From the sequence record MF498773.1: DNA of 64,000 nucleotides. One strand, written 5' to 3'. Below the pieces are notes generated by a model. That model was not told the DNA's origin. It did no database searches and was given only the letters and a program-made list of their open reading frames with translations. Below are positions 47,858 through 57,743 of this stretch, piece after piece (position 1 is the stretch's first letter; every line of letters starts with the position of its first letter). The translations under genes and the position numbers were made by a program.

Positions 47858-48583
47858 ATGTATGAAAATATTCTAGTAGAAAACTGGGAAGGTAGAGACA
47901 ACGGTGAACCTTCAAAAAATATGCTTTTAATTGAGCATTGGAGCACCGAATATAGGACTGATACTAATCTAACCGAGAAAAATGAATCCGGGGTTCCCAA
48001 TAAAGAATGTTACCTTATTGAATCAGTGGATGACAAAGGTACTGGTAATCTTTATATCGAGGGTATTTTCCTCCAAGCGGAAGTTCCTAATGGTAATGGT
48101 CGTATTTATCCAAAACGGGTAATGGAAAAAGCCGTAGAAAGATACATTAAAGATCAGGTTGCGTCTAAACAATCTCTTGGTGAGCTAAATCACCCCGGTG
48201 ATCGTTCTTATCCAGATCCATCCAAGTCAGCTTTGGTCATTGAAAAGCTCTGGTGGAAAGGTAATGACGTTTATGGTCGTGCTCGTATTGTAGAAGGAGA
48301 CCATGCGGAAGGTGATAAGGTCGCTGCTCTTATTAGAGCTGGTTGGATTCCGGGTGTTAGTTCTCGTGGTCTTGGTTCTTTAAAGCGTAATTCTCGCGGT
48401 TTAAATGAAGTTCAAGAAGGTTATCGTTTAACTGTTGGGGTGGATGTTGTTTGGGGACCAAGCGCACCTAATGCGTATACAAACGCATACCGAGTTAACG
48501 AATCAAAAACCGATCAAAAACCTACCCTAAATAATACAGACGATGCAAAGATTCTAAAATTAATCGAAGCATTGAAAAGTTAA
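47858..48583 (+). CDS. 21: Prohead protease gp21
   Basis: NGRIYP, GELNHP, GVSSRGLGSL, DVVWGPSAP. Confidence 0.97.
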   Translation: MYENILVENWEGRDNGEPSKNMLLIEHWSTEYRTDTNLTEKNESGVPNKECYLIESVDDKGTGNLYIEGIFLQAEVPNGNGRIYPKRVMEKAVERYIKDQVASKQSLGELNHPGDRSYPDPSKSALVIEKLWWKGNDVYGRARIVEGDHAEGDKVAALIRAGWIPGVSSRGLGSLKRNSRGLNEVQEGYRLTVGVDVVWGPSAPNAYTNAYRVNESKTDQKPTLNNTDDAKILKLIEALKS

Positions 48584-48604
48584 CTTTCAAATAAGGAAAA
48601 ACCA

Positions 48605-49438
48605 ATGTCTATTAAAGACCAACTGCTCAGTGAATCTAAAAATATCACTGTACAAGCAGATGCCATTTCTGGCGCTCTGCAAGGGCTCAATTTGAGCGAG
48701 GGTGTAGTTGACGCACTGACCCAAGTATTTCAAACCAAACTGCGTGAAGAAGCCGTACAGCTCGCAGAATCGCACATCGAAGCCCTAGCCGCTAAATCCG
48801 ATGAACTGGTTCAAGAAGCTGCCGAAGCAAAGAATGCAGAACTGATTAAAACCATGGATAGTTATTTCGAACATCTAGCAGAAAGCTTTATGGAAGATAA
48901 CAAAGTAGCTATTGAAACTGGTATCCAAGCCCAACTTGCTGAAAGTCTGCTTGCTGGTATGAAAGAACTATTTGTGTCTCATCATGTTGTTGTTCCAGAG
49001 GATGCAGTTGACATCGTTGCTGAACAAGCTGCTGAACTGGAAGAAGCCCAAAGCATGATTAACGATCTGGTTAGTAAAAACTCTGCTCTGACCGAAAGTA
49101 TTCAAGCTAAAGAACGTGAAGCTGTTATCGCCGAGTCTATTAAAGATCTGACTATGGTTCAACAAGAACAAGTTAAAACTCTTTGTGAAGGAATTTCGTT
49201 TGGTTCTGCTGAACAATTCGGTACTCGTGTAAGTGCTCTGGTTGAAATGGTTTCTCAGAAGAAAGAACAAGAACCTAATCAGAAACCTCTAAACGAAAAT
49301 CTTAACTTCAATGATGACGAAGGTCAGAAAGACGACAAAGATGAAAAGGGTGAGAAAGGCGAAAAAGGTAAGAAAGATAAAAAGCCAGAACCCAAATCAA
49401 AAATCGATGAGTCTGTGCAAGAGTTCATGCACTGGTAA
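48605..49438 (+). CDS. 22: Major scaffold gp22
   Basis: MSIKDQLLSE, acidic coiled coil, synteny. Confidence 0.93.
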   Translation: MSIKDQLLSESKNITVQADAISGALQGLNLSEGVVDALTQVFQTKLREEAVQLAESHIEALAAKSDELVQEAAEAKNAELIKTMDSYFEHLAESFMEDNKVAIETGIQAQLAESLLAGMKELFVSHHVVVPEDAVDIVAEQAAELEEAQSMINDLVSKNSALTESIQAKEREAVIAESIKDLTMVQQEQVKTLCEGISFGSAEQFGTRVSALVEMVSQKKEQEPNQKPLNENLNFNDDEGQKDDKDEKGEKGEKGKKDKKPEPKSKIDESVQEFMHW

Positions 49439-49563
49439 TTTTCTGTTTAACGGGGAGTTATAAAAATAACTAGAAATAACTCCCCTAAATATATTTGTAA
49501 GGGAAAGAAGAAATGGTTCTTCTCCCAGAAAATTAAATTTCAAATCCAAAAAGGAAAACAAAA

Positions 49564-51246
49564 ATGTCTAAGACCGCTATTATCGCTAAGTGGAAACCGC
49601 TGCTTGAAAAAGAAGGTATGCCGGAAATTGCTACCATGAAGCGCAAGGATATCGTCGCTCGTCTGATGGAAAACCAATATGAAGACATCAAGAGTAACGA
49701 CGGTGCTGCATATACCGACCAAACCGTAATCGACTCCATGGTTGACGTTCAAGGTCGTAAAGCTCAACTGGCAGAAGCCAAAAAGATGCTGAACGAAGCT
49801 CAAGCCGCTGCTCTGGCAGAAGGTCGCGAACTGACCGGTGAAGAGATGGAAACCATGCTAACCGAAGCTAACATCGTCGGTGACCACGGTTATGATGCTG
49901 TTAAGATCGCCTCTGGTGAAGCTTCCGGTAACATCACCAACGTCGGTCCGGCTGTTATGGGTCTGGCTCGTCGTGCTATCAGCAACCTGATTGCCTTTGA
50001 TATCTGTGGTGTTCAGCCGATGACCTCTTCCGCTGGTCAGGTATTCACCCTTCGTGCCATCTATGGTACTGATGCGCTGGATGCTCAAGCTCGCGAAGCT
50101 TTTCACCCGCAATATGCACCTGATTCCAGCTTCTCTGGTCGTGGTGCCACTGCCCCGCTGATTCCTGCTTTTGATAAAGACGGAACCTATGCAATCGGTG
50201 ATCTGGCTCGCTTCCAACTGGATGAAGAAGTAGACGCTTATTCCAACTCCGGTACTAAGGTTGTTCAGTTTGTTACCGCTTATACTGCTGGTACTGCTGC
50301 TGACGTTAAAACCGCTGGTTACCTGAAACTAATCCACGACAAGATCGCGGTTGAAATCGGTGAAGGTATGGCTACCTCCATGGCGGAACTGCAAGAGAAC
50401 TTTAATGGTTCCAGCAATAACCCGTGGCCTGAAATGAGTTTCCGTATTGATAAGCAAGTAGTTGAAGCTAAGGCTCGTCAACTGAAAGCTCAGTACTCCA
50501 TCGAACTGGCTCAGGACCTGCGTAACGTTCATGGTCTGGATGCAGATAGCGAACTGTCCAGCATTCTGGCTAACGAAATCATGCTAGAAATCAACCGTGA
50601 AATGATCCTGTGGATCAACGCTACCGCTCAAATTGGTAAGACCGGTTGGACTAACCAACATGGTGGTCAAGCTGGTGTCTTCAACTTTGCCGACCCGAAC
50701 GACATTCGTGGTGCTCGTTGGCAAGGTGAGAGCGCCAAGGCTCTGGTTACCCAAATCGATAAGGAAGCTGCTGAAATCGGTCGTCAAACCGGTCGTGGTA
50801 ACGGTAACTTCGTAATCTGTTCCCGTAACGTTGCCGTAATGCTCGGTTCCACCGACCAACTGGTTTCTCCGGCTGCTGCTGGTACTACCAAGCTGAACAC
50901 TGATACCTCCGTATCTCAGTTCGCTGGTGTTCTGGCTGGTAAGTATCGTGTCTTCATCGACCAGTACGCTGTTGAAGATTACTTCACTGTAGGCTTCAAG
51001 GGTAGCTCCGAACTGGATGCAGGTCTGTACTACTGCCCATACGTCCCGTTGAGCCCGCTGCGTGGTGTGGATCCTAAGTCCTTCGCTACCATTCTTGGCT
51101 TCAAGACCCGTTACGGTGTTAAACTGCACCCGTTCGCTGACGGTTCCAAGAACAAAGGCTTCTCCAAGATCACTTCCGGTATGCCGGGTGCTGCAATCTT
51201 CGGTAAGAACTCCTTCTACCGTCGTGTACGTGTTCTGGGTGCCTAA
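49564..51246 (+). CDS. 23: Major capsid protein gp23
   Basis: KWKPLLE, LIAFDICGVQPM, KARQLKAQYSIELAQDL, GFKTRYG. Confidence 0.99.
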   Translation: MSKTAIIAKWKPLLEKEGMPEIATMKRKDIVARLMENQYEDIKSNDGAAYTDQTVIDSMVDVQGRKAQLAEAKKMLNEAQAAALAEGRELTGEEMETMLTEANIVGDHGYDAVKIASGEASGNITNVGPAVMGLARRAISNLIAFDICGVQPMTSSAGQVFTLRAIYGTDALDAQAREAFHPQYAPDSSFSGRGATAPLIPAFDKDGTYAIGDLARFQLDEEVDAYSNSGTKVVQFVTAYTAGTAADVKTAGYLKLIHDKIAVEIGEGMATSMAELQENFNGSSNNPWPEMSFRIDKQVVEAKARQLKAQYSIELAQDLRNVHGLDADSELSSILANEIMLEINREMILWINATAQIGKTGWTNQHGGQAGVFNFADPNDIRGARWQGESAKALVTQIDKEAAEIGRQTGRGNGNFVICSRNVAVMLGSTDQLVSPAAAGTTKLNTDTSVSQFAGVLAGKYRVFIDQYAVEDYFTVGFKGSSELDAGLYYCPYVPLSPLRGVDPKSFATILGFKTRYGVKLHPFADGSKNKGFSKITSGMPGAAIFGKNSFYRRVRVLGA

Positions 51247-51262
51247 TAGCAAATCCAAAAAT

Positions 51263-51286
51263 AAGGGAACCTTCGGGTTCCCTTTT
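51263..51286 (+). terminator. gp23 terminator with CUUCGG tetraloop
   Basis: AAGGGAAC-CTTCGG-GTTCCCTTTT. Confidence 0.93.
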
Positions 51287-51379
51287 CGTTTTTCTTACTG
51301 GTCTAAATAATACTAGATAGAGTTCATACAGTCAACCAATGAATGAGCCCTAAATAAAAGAAAAAGAGGAATCTTAAAA

Positions 51380-52609
51380 ATGGCTAAAGTAGTCTCCAAA
51401 AAAATACAAGACCTAATTAAAGAGTCTGGTATGTCCGGGCGGTTGGTTGAATCTAGTAGTGGTGATATCGTAACGGGTCGCCCTTCTTTAGTTTCACTAA
51501 CTCGCAAAACATTTAATAAAATTTATGATGAGCTTGCTGGTGTTCAACCAACTACAGACCCAGTAGCAAACGTATTTGGTGTACGTTACGAGTATATTAG
51601 CGAAGACAATCAAAGTCATCGGGATATTAACCTTGACAACCGTAATTATGGTGGTGAATTTGATATGGCCGCCGTTGCTGCATTACCAGCCGGTAGTGCT
51701 AGTATGGTATCAAAAACATATTTTGCCAGTGAAGGTTATGTGTTCCAAGTTATCAATGATGGTGATTACTCCGGTGATTTGAATTCTCTTTTTGAGAATG
51801 TCTTTACTGGTAACCTTCGTCTTGTTGTTGACGCAATTGTACCGAACACACAAGAAGATAAAGAAATCCAAAAAACCAGATATGTAATGAACAAATGGAA
51901 ATCCGTTGTTCGTAGTCGCAAACTAAAATCTAACATCACTCTAGAACTTCTTCAAGATATGGGTGGTATGAATATGGATGGTGATGCCGCAGTAGAAGAT
52001 CTATTGTCTGTCGCCATCGCAGAAGAAATTAACAGCGATATTATCATGAAGCTGGTAACCGTTGCATCTAAAGAAGTTAAAGCAACCCCGTACAATGTAG
52101 CAACCACTGAATATTTTGCTGGTCGTGATCTTGTTGCTCGTGCATGTCGTATGGCTGCACAAATTACTTTGGATACCACATTCAAACCGACTTATATTCT
52201 TGCTTCTGCTCATGTGGCCGCACTTATTCAAACGTCTGGATTAGTTGACGATCAACACCGAATTATCGGTACTAAAATGAAATTGATTGTTGATACAAAA
52301 ACACCAGTCCATTATATGCTGGTTGGTGTTAAAGCTAAATTTGATGATAGTGTTGATACAGTAAGTGCAGTTTATTACAGTCCGTATATAGAAGAAGACG
52401 AAGCAGGAACTTTTATGGTTGCTGCCGATCCGGACGCACTACAACCTGTAGTTGGTATTATCTCAAGATACGCTCTATCTACTAGCCCAGATTTCAGAAA
52501 AATTGAATCCAACCCGGCTAAGGTATATGATGGGGAAGATTGGGTAGGTGCCGCCAACAAGTCTCAATTGGCTCGTATGTGTATGGTCGAAATGAAAGAT
52601 TACGCATAA
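51380..52609 (+). CDS. 24: Capsid vertex protein gp24
   Basis: gp23 paralog; GRPSLVSLTR, AVYYSPY, ISRYALS. Confidence 0.95.
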   Translation: MAKVVSKKIQDLIKESGMSGRLVESSSGDIVTGRPSLVSLTRKTFNKIYDELAGVQPTTDPVANVFGVRYEYISEDNQSHRDINLDNRNYGGEFDMAAVAALPAGSASMVSKTYFASEGYVFQVINDGDYSGDLNSLFENVFTGNLRLVVDAIVPNTQEDKEIQKTRYVMNKWKSVVRSRKLKSNITLELLQDMGGMNMDGDAAVEDLLSVAIAEEINSDIIMKLVTVASKEVKATPYNVATTEYFAGRDLVARACRMAAQITLDTTFKPTYILASAHVAALIQTSGLVDDQHRIIGTKMKLIVDTKTPVHYMLVGVKAKFDDSVDTVSAVYYSPYIEEDEAGTFMVAADPDALQPVVGIISRYALSTSPDFRKIESNPAKVYDGEDWVGAANKSQLARMCMVEMKDYA

Positions 52610-52655
52610 TTAATTTTCCAGATAAAAAGACGTAGAAGCTTTATTCTGGATAAAA

Positions 52656-52690
52656 GAAAGCCCCAACCTTTTTAGGTCGGGGCTTTTTTA
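52656..52690. terminator. Bidirectional terminator
   Basis: AAAGCCCCAACC-TTTTTA-GGTCGGGGCTTT between convergent genes. Confidence 0.8.
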
Positions 52691-53038
52691 TTTTGATTGC
52701 TCAAGAACAGTTTCGATGAAAATATAATATTTCATCTTTTCTATTTCATGTAATTCATCGTAAGATGTCAAACATGGATGGGTTTTCTCGTCTCTAGATT
52801 TATCTTCACCAAATATCCAACCTTCTCCCTCTTTATAATTTCTCCAAAGCTCATGAACAGTTCGAGCATCAGAATCAGGGTGGTCGATTATATATGTTAC
52901 ATGTTTAGTCCAGACCCGTTTAACCTTTTCGGGTTCTTCTTTCCACAATGTATCGGTGTCGCCTAGTATTAAATTAAACCGTCGAATCGCATCATGCGCA
53001 GTTCTGGCGATCTTACGTGGTGAGCTTTTCATTTTCAA
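52688..53038 (-). CDS. RyR-domain protein (116 aa)
   Basis: HELWRNYKEGEGWIFGEDKSRDEKTHPCLTSYDEL matches the RyR repeat pattern. Confidence 0.82.
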   Translation of the reverse strand: MKMKSSPRKIARTAHDAIRRFNLILGDTDTLWKEEPEKVKRVWTKHVTYIIDHPDSDARTVHELWRNYKEGEGWIFGEDKSRDEKTHPCLTSYDELHEIEKMKYYIFIETVLEQSK

Positions 53039-53070
53039 CCTCGTTTATTGTTATTATTCCACAACAATAT

Positions 53071-53631
53071 TTAGAGATTGAAAATGTCAACCTTTTCTAA
53101 TACTGGTATATCATCAATACCCAACCATTTACAAAGTTTTGATCTTTGAACTGGGTTCATAATGTTTAGGGTAGGTATATTTAGGCTTCTTGCTATTTTA
53201 ACCGCAGTAGCAGTTCCACCAGATACAGTACCATGTATCGATTCTTCCGCACAAAATACAACTAAGTCAGAATAAGACTTGAGATTTAATCCCATAACTT
53301 GAGGAACGTTCCTAGCGTGTAATTCTTGGTGACCAATTGGCATAAATTCCCATCCAATACCAGACCCATGAACACGGGAAGCAAGCAATTCAAATTCATA
53401 ATAGTTTTCATGATTTTTGACATTAACACAACCGGGTCTATCATCAGGACGATATACAACGGTTAATGCTGGGTCATATTCGGTTAGGAAAAGCGTATCA
53501 GAACCAATGGCACCACCAGATCTAGCACCATAACCACGATCAGAAAAAGCTTTTCCAATTCTTATCATCAACTGTTTATACTCTTCGTTAGGATATCTGG
53601 TTCCTATAAGAGTTACAATTTTCCTTTTCAT
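53071..53631 (-). CDS. SLOG/DprA-like Rossmannoid protein (186 aa)
   Basis: TLIGTR, RSGGAIGSD, LHARN, SGGTATAVKIA. Confidence 0.82.
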   Translation of the reverse strand: MKRKIVTLIGTRYPNEEYKQLMIRIGKAFSDRGYGARSGGAIGSDTLFLTEYDPALTVVYRPDDRPGCVNVKNHENYYEFELLASRVHGSGIGWEFMPIGHQELHARNVPQVMGLNLKSYSDLVVFCAEESIHGTVSGGTATAVKIARSLNIPTLNIMNPVQRSKLCKWLGIDDIPVLEKVDIFNL

Positions 53632-53671
53632 GATGATATTTTAACACACCTAAATAGCATTATAAATAAAT

Positions 53672-53789
53672 AGATCTCGAACGTAGTGAGACGGCGTAGC
53701 CGCCTGTTCGCTTCGCTCACACTCTTTCTAATTATAGATCTTCTATATAAATACTTATAGAGATTTTATACTTTGATTGCAAGTGAAAC
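53672..53789 (+). repeat. Inverted copy of the 10554-10669 element
   Basis: Direct sequence comparison by eye. Confidence 0.95.
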
Positions 53790-53886
53790 TATTTTATTTT
53801 GTATATAAAATATACAAAAAGGTGATCTCTCGACCACCTAAGTATAAAAAGTTAAAAACATTCGTAATGTCTGATACAATACGAAA

Positions 53887-54108
53887 TCAAAAAACGTAAA
53901 ATTTATCTCCATCTAGTTTAACGAATAAATCTTCTTGTACATCATGTACAACCACAATATCTCCCCTCTCCAAATATTCCTTTATCTTCTCGATCATCAA
54001 ATGGTCATCTTCTTCAAGTCTTTTCCACCTTTCAATCAAATTATAAGAACCGAAATATCCAGTAAGAACAAAAGTATTTTCATTAACTTCGATGAAATTG
54101 TATTCCAT
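53887..54108 (-). CDS. Hypothetical protein (73 aa), late-promoter driven
   Basis: ORF; CTAAATA at 54147-54153 on the minus strand. Confidence 0.7.
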   Translation of the reverse strand: MEYNFIEVNENTFVLTGYFGSYNLIERWKRLEEDDHLMIEKIKEYLERGDIVVVHDVQEDLFVKLDGDKFYVF

Positions 54109-54189
54109 TTAACACCCTTATTATATTGACCAAAATGGTCAATTAGTATTTAGGGATACAAAAAAGCCACCCCGTAGGATGGCTAGATA

Positions 54190-54987
54190 TTAGTAAATGG
54201 TATGGAAACGAGAATTACGACTCTCGCGCAATGTCACACTACCATTAATCTGGATGTAATAAAGAACTGTTTTCAGAAGTGCTTTATCCGGTTCGCGTTC
54301 ATGAGTATCAATAATACTCTTCCAAGACGGTCCTTTCTCAAGGATCCAATCAAGAATCCAATACGGGCAATTGAGGTATTGGTTACCAACAGCCCCAATC
54401 AGATTTACTTTCGGCTTGAAACCATAAGTCAAATCCGGTTCTTGGGTATCTTTAGTAGTTTCCAAATTCATTTTTTCTTTAACGAACTTCTTTTCATCTT
54501 CAATTAATTCGTCAAGAGTTTTAAACCCAGAAGAATCAATATATTCTGGTTGTTTCGGTGGAGTGAATTCAATTTTAACATCGTTGGGAGTATTGATATT
54601 AACCACCCCATCATCAATTTTGATTGATTCAACCACACCAAGTTCAATAACCTCATCTACATTGTCGAATTCGTCATCGACTACAACTGGTTCGACAAAA
54701 GGGGTTTTTTCTTTCGGTTCCGGTGCAAGGTCCAGTTTTTCATTCTCTTTGGCGTCCGCCATTTCAAGGAGTTTAACGATCATATCGTCAACCGAAGTAT
54801 TAGACTTGCTAATTTTAAAACCACATTCCTTAGCATATGCTTGAATTTTCGCTTTCGCTTCTGGTGCGGTATTAGCATCAACAATTTCGTTGATTACCCC
54901 GAGGTCAAGTTCTTTTTGTTTTTTCGCAGTAGACTTTTTTGGTTTATTTTCTTTTTCTACTGGTTCTTCTACATAATTCAATGCCAT
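54190..54987 (-). CDS. inh: Inhibitor of prohead protease / minor capsid protein Inh
   Basis: YLNCPYWILDWI...LYYIQINGSVTLRESRNSRF C-terminus; late promoter 55014-55020. Confidence 0.9.
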   Translation of the reverse strand: MALNYVEEPVEKENKPKKSTAKKQKELDLGVINEIVDANTAPEAKAKIQAYAKECGFKISKSNTSVDDMIVKLLEMADAKENEKLDLAPEPKEKTPFVEPVVVDDEFDNVDEVIELGVVESIKIDDGVVNINTPNDVKIEFTPPKQPEYIDSSGFKTLDELIEDEKKFVKEKMNLETTKDTQEPDLTYGFKPKVNLIGAVGNQYLNCPYWILDWILEKGPSWKSIIDTHEREPDKALLKTVLYYIQINGSVTLRESRNSRFHTIY

Positions 54988-54999
54988 TTCGCATTCCTC

Positions 55000-55266
55000 T
55001 TAGTTTGTTAATGTATTTAGGGATTTGAGATATTTTACTGCCATCCCAATCTCGTTATACCCAAAGATCATACCATATTTGGTCTTTTTATAGCTATGGT
55101 CTTTCCTGATCTGAGTTCCTTTGAATTTGGAGTGACCCCCATGGTCTGAAACCCTCACCATATGCCCCTGTACGTCGATATAAGAGCTTGTGGATGAAGA
55201 TACCAACTTACACTCGATCCCGCTATTGAATAGCTCTATCATCAATTCACGAGCTTTTTGGTTCAT
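55000..55266 (-). CDS. Hypothetical protein (88 aa, SSTSSY...VRVSDH)
   Basis: ORF overlapping the upstream stop. Confidence 0.72.
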   Translation of the reverse strand: MNQKARELMIELFNSGIECKLVSSSTSSYIDVQGHMVRVSDHGGHSKFKGTQIRKDHSYKKTKYGMIFGYNEIGMAVKYLKSLNTLTN

Positions 55267-55985
55267 TAATACAATTCTCCGGAATCACACATGATTTTAA
55301 CAAGACCCAAATCACCTTTTACGGAATCCACCATATATTTGATCATCATGTTCGCAGCAACATTTTTAAAGCTCAATTCGTTCTGAATATAGATATCAAA
55401 TTGACCATATTTATTGGCGTCATTAATGAAATATTTTGTACCGTGTGCTTCTCCTACAACCATCCCACAATCTTTTAACCAACTAGGATAACCCTTTCCC
55501 ACTACTTTTGCAGAAAAGAATCCATCCTTATTAGTCATTCCACCAGTGCGTTGTACTTCATCGACATAATATTTAATGTCTTTCACTACGTTTTTATTTT
55601 CAACAACAGACACTTTCTTGATTTTTGGTTGTTCAGAACGGGTGAATACACTTTCATCATCTTGTTCGATGATTGGTTTAAGCATGGATTCAAGTTCTTG
55701 GATCCGTGTTTCATGGAGTTGGTCAAGTTCTTCGATTGAAGATGCTTTATTACGACGTTTGACCCAATCTCGCTGACCTTCGATGATCGCTGGGTTAATT
55801 TTTCGAACTTCTTTATAAACAGAATTCAGTTTCTCATCTGATTCACTCAGCCGTTCGTCTGCACAAATAGTTCGCTCTATTTTACTCGATGCTTTCTCAC
55901 AGTCAAAAGATGCCGCATTAACCTGTACCACACTAATAGCACACATAGCACCTAAGATAGCAAAACTAACAAACCGCTTTTTCAT
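55266..55985 (-). CDS. Secreted LprI-like (lysozyme inhibitor domain) protein
   Basis: Signal peptide ending VNA-ASFDC, then ASFDCEKASSKIERTICAD...QRDWVKRRN. Confidence 0.82.
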   Translation of the reverse strand: MKKRFVSFAILGAMCAISVVQVNAASFDCEKASSKIERTICADERLSESDEKLNSVYKEVRKINPAIIEGQRDWVKRRNKASSIEELDQLHETRIQELESMLKPIIEQDDESVFTRSEQPKIKKVSVVENKNVVKDIKYYVDEVQRTGGMTNKDGFFSAKVVGKGYPSWLKDCGMVVGEAHGTKYFINDANKYGQFDIYIQNELSFKNVAANMMIKYMVDSVKGDLGLVKIMCDSGELY

Positions 55986-56006
55986 TTTTCATTCCTCAAT
56001 TTAAAG

Positions 56007-56642
56007 TTATTTTGTTTCTTTTTTTGCTGCTTCTTCCATAGCAGCAATGATGACATTCAGGGGAGTCAGGTGTCCACAAACGTAGTAGAAGGCGCGAACA
56101 AACACAGTACCTTTGTGTCCACGAACAAGGTGAACGTTAGCGGTTACCATCATCCGACCAAACATCTCATCCAAACGAAGACACCGGTTGAACTGTTCAC
56201 CCCGAAGTTCCATGATCTCCATGATGTTTTTCTTGATAACGGCTTCCTTCTCGCTAACTTTCGGTTCTGGTTGGTTGATGGGAGCGTTTTTAACTGTTGC
56301 AATCATAGCAACAACCTGTTCACCCATAGAAACCAATTCTTCACACAGAGCTTTATCCATCCAAGGCATTGCTTTTTCTGCTTTTACCAGATATTTGGCG
56401 AAAGTCGCGGTGTTTGGTTGTGCATAATAAAGGTCTACCGCTGCTTCGTGTTCCGGAAGATTCATATTACGCTGTTCGATGTTGATGGAGTCCAGATAGA
56501 AAGAAGAGAATTCGGCCCGCACCAGTTCCATCATTTTTGCGCATTCGTTCAGGGCGCGTTTCTGACCGGCCTTAGAAACAAAACCGGCTTCAACCATACC
56601 AACTACGTTTTCCATAATTTCATTGAATTTTTCGTTGTTCAT
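56007..56642 (-). CDS. Hypothetical protein (211 aa), early-type promoter
   Basis: AGGA RBS; TTGCCA...TATCTT promoter-like site at about 56677-56710. Confidence 0.8.
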   Translation of the reverse strand: MNNEKFNEIMENVVGMVEAGFVSKAGQKRALNECAKMMELVRAEFSSFYLDSINIEQRNMNLPEHEAAVDLYYAQPNTATFAKYLVKAEKAMPWMDKALCEELVSMGEQVVAMIATVKNAPINQPEPKVSEKEAVIKKNIMEIMELRGEQFNRCLRLDEMFGRMMVTANVHLVRGHKGTVFVRAFYYVCGHLTPLNVIIAAMEEAAKKETK

Positions 56643-56726
56643 GGTTCGTTCCTTTTTGTCTCTTGTTTCGATATGGATAAGATATCAAAAAGGCTCACCC
56701 ATTGGCAAGCCTTTTTTCATTTATTT

Positions 56727-57728
56727 TTAGAAATTTCCATCAAGGATATTCATCCAGTGTTCCCGAACAAGTTCCCCTGCTAGGTTGTTCACTGCTTTAC
56801 CTACATCAGAAGGACGTTCTGCATCTCGTAGATTTTTGCTGGTATCCTTCGTGAAATCTTCAATTGCGTCTTTCGAGAGGTTACCAGAAACCTTACCAAA
56901 CTCTTTGGTGGTAGGGATCCCAATCTTACTGAGGACATTTTTAAGACGATTCACGTTGATATATTCAGCAATCTCATGAACCATAGCAAGATCTGATTCA
57001 CCCAGAGGCTCTTTTACCTTTACCGGTTTGTCAGATTTCCCTTTCTCTGTAAACTTGGAGTTTTTAGATTTGAAAATAGTCCGACCTTGACGGGTATAAT
57101 GTGGGTCTACTGTCTTCGCAACAAACCCCTCCGCAATGTTATCAGTTCCTTCAACAAGATCGAATTTTCCTGCTTTGTTGCTTGGGATAACAACTGATTG
57201 GAAGTCGTTCGGGAGTTTTGTTACACCATCGAAATCCCCACGGTAGATAACAGGGGCATGTTTGAAGATCCCATCGATTGCATCCATAACGAAATCGTGG
57301 GAGAGGTACATTCCAGTTTCACCAGAGAAAATGAAGATATCAAACACATAAAAGTCTTGATCTCCATACTCTACTTCTTTTTGAATCATTTTTCCAGTAG
57401 TAAGATTACCGGCATATTCCCCGAAGATTGTAACTTGATCAACTTCTGGGTGTTTTTGTTTAACAAAGTTGTATACTTTTCGGGCATTATCATGATATTT
57501 CTTTACAATCAGGTCTGCTTCATAAAACTGGTCAAAATCACCAAGAAGATCAGTTCGACGACCAGCCTGTACATGTTCATCATTTACAGCAAGTTGAAAA
57601 TTAGTACCATGAATCTTTTCCATTGCAACCCATTCAACACCCTTTGCAGTATATCCGGAAGTTGCAAAAGAGTCGATGACGTTTTGACGATAGTGGTTCT
57701 CAAGAGAGTTATATTTTACAAAAATCAT
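56727..57728 (-). CDS. rnlB: RNA ligase 2
   Basis: EKIHGTNF motif I, IFGE, FYVFDI, EGFV, FKSKNSKF. Confidence 0.95.
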   Translation of the reverse strand: MIFVKYNSLENHYRQNVIDSFATSGYTAKGVEWVAMEKIHGTNFQLAVNDEHVQAGRRTDLLGDFDQFYEADLIVKKYHDNARKVYNFVKQKHPEVDQVTIFGEYAGNLTTGKMIQKEVEYGDQDFYVFDIFIFSGETGMYLSHDFVMDAIDGIFKHAPVIYRGDFDGVTKLPNDFQSVVIPSNKAGKFDLVEGTDNIAEGFVAKTVDPHYTRQGRTIFKSKNSKFTEKGKSDKPVKVKEPLGESDLAMVHEIAEYINVNRLKNVLSKIGIPTTKEFGKVSGNLSKDAIEDFTKDTSKNLRDAERPSDVGKAVNNLAGELVREHWMNILDGNF

Positions 57729-57743
57729 ATTATTTCCTTTTAT

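Noticed and set aside
49320-49400. GAAAAGGGTGAGAAAGGCGAAAAAGG short repeats in gp22
   Set aside because: Low-complexity EKG linker, not a CRISPR array or mobile repeat
50584-51258. 224-aa minus-strand ORF
   Set aside because: Antisense shadow of highly biased gp23 codons
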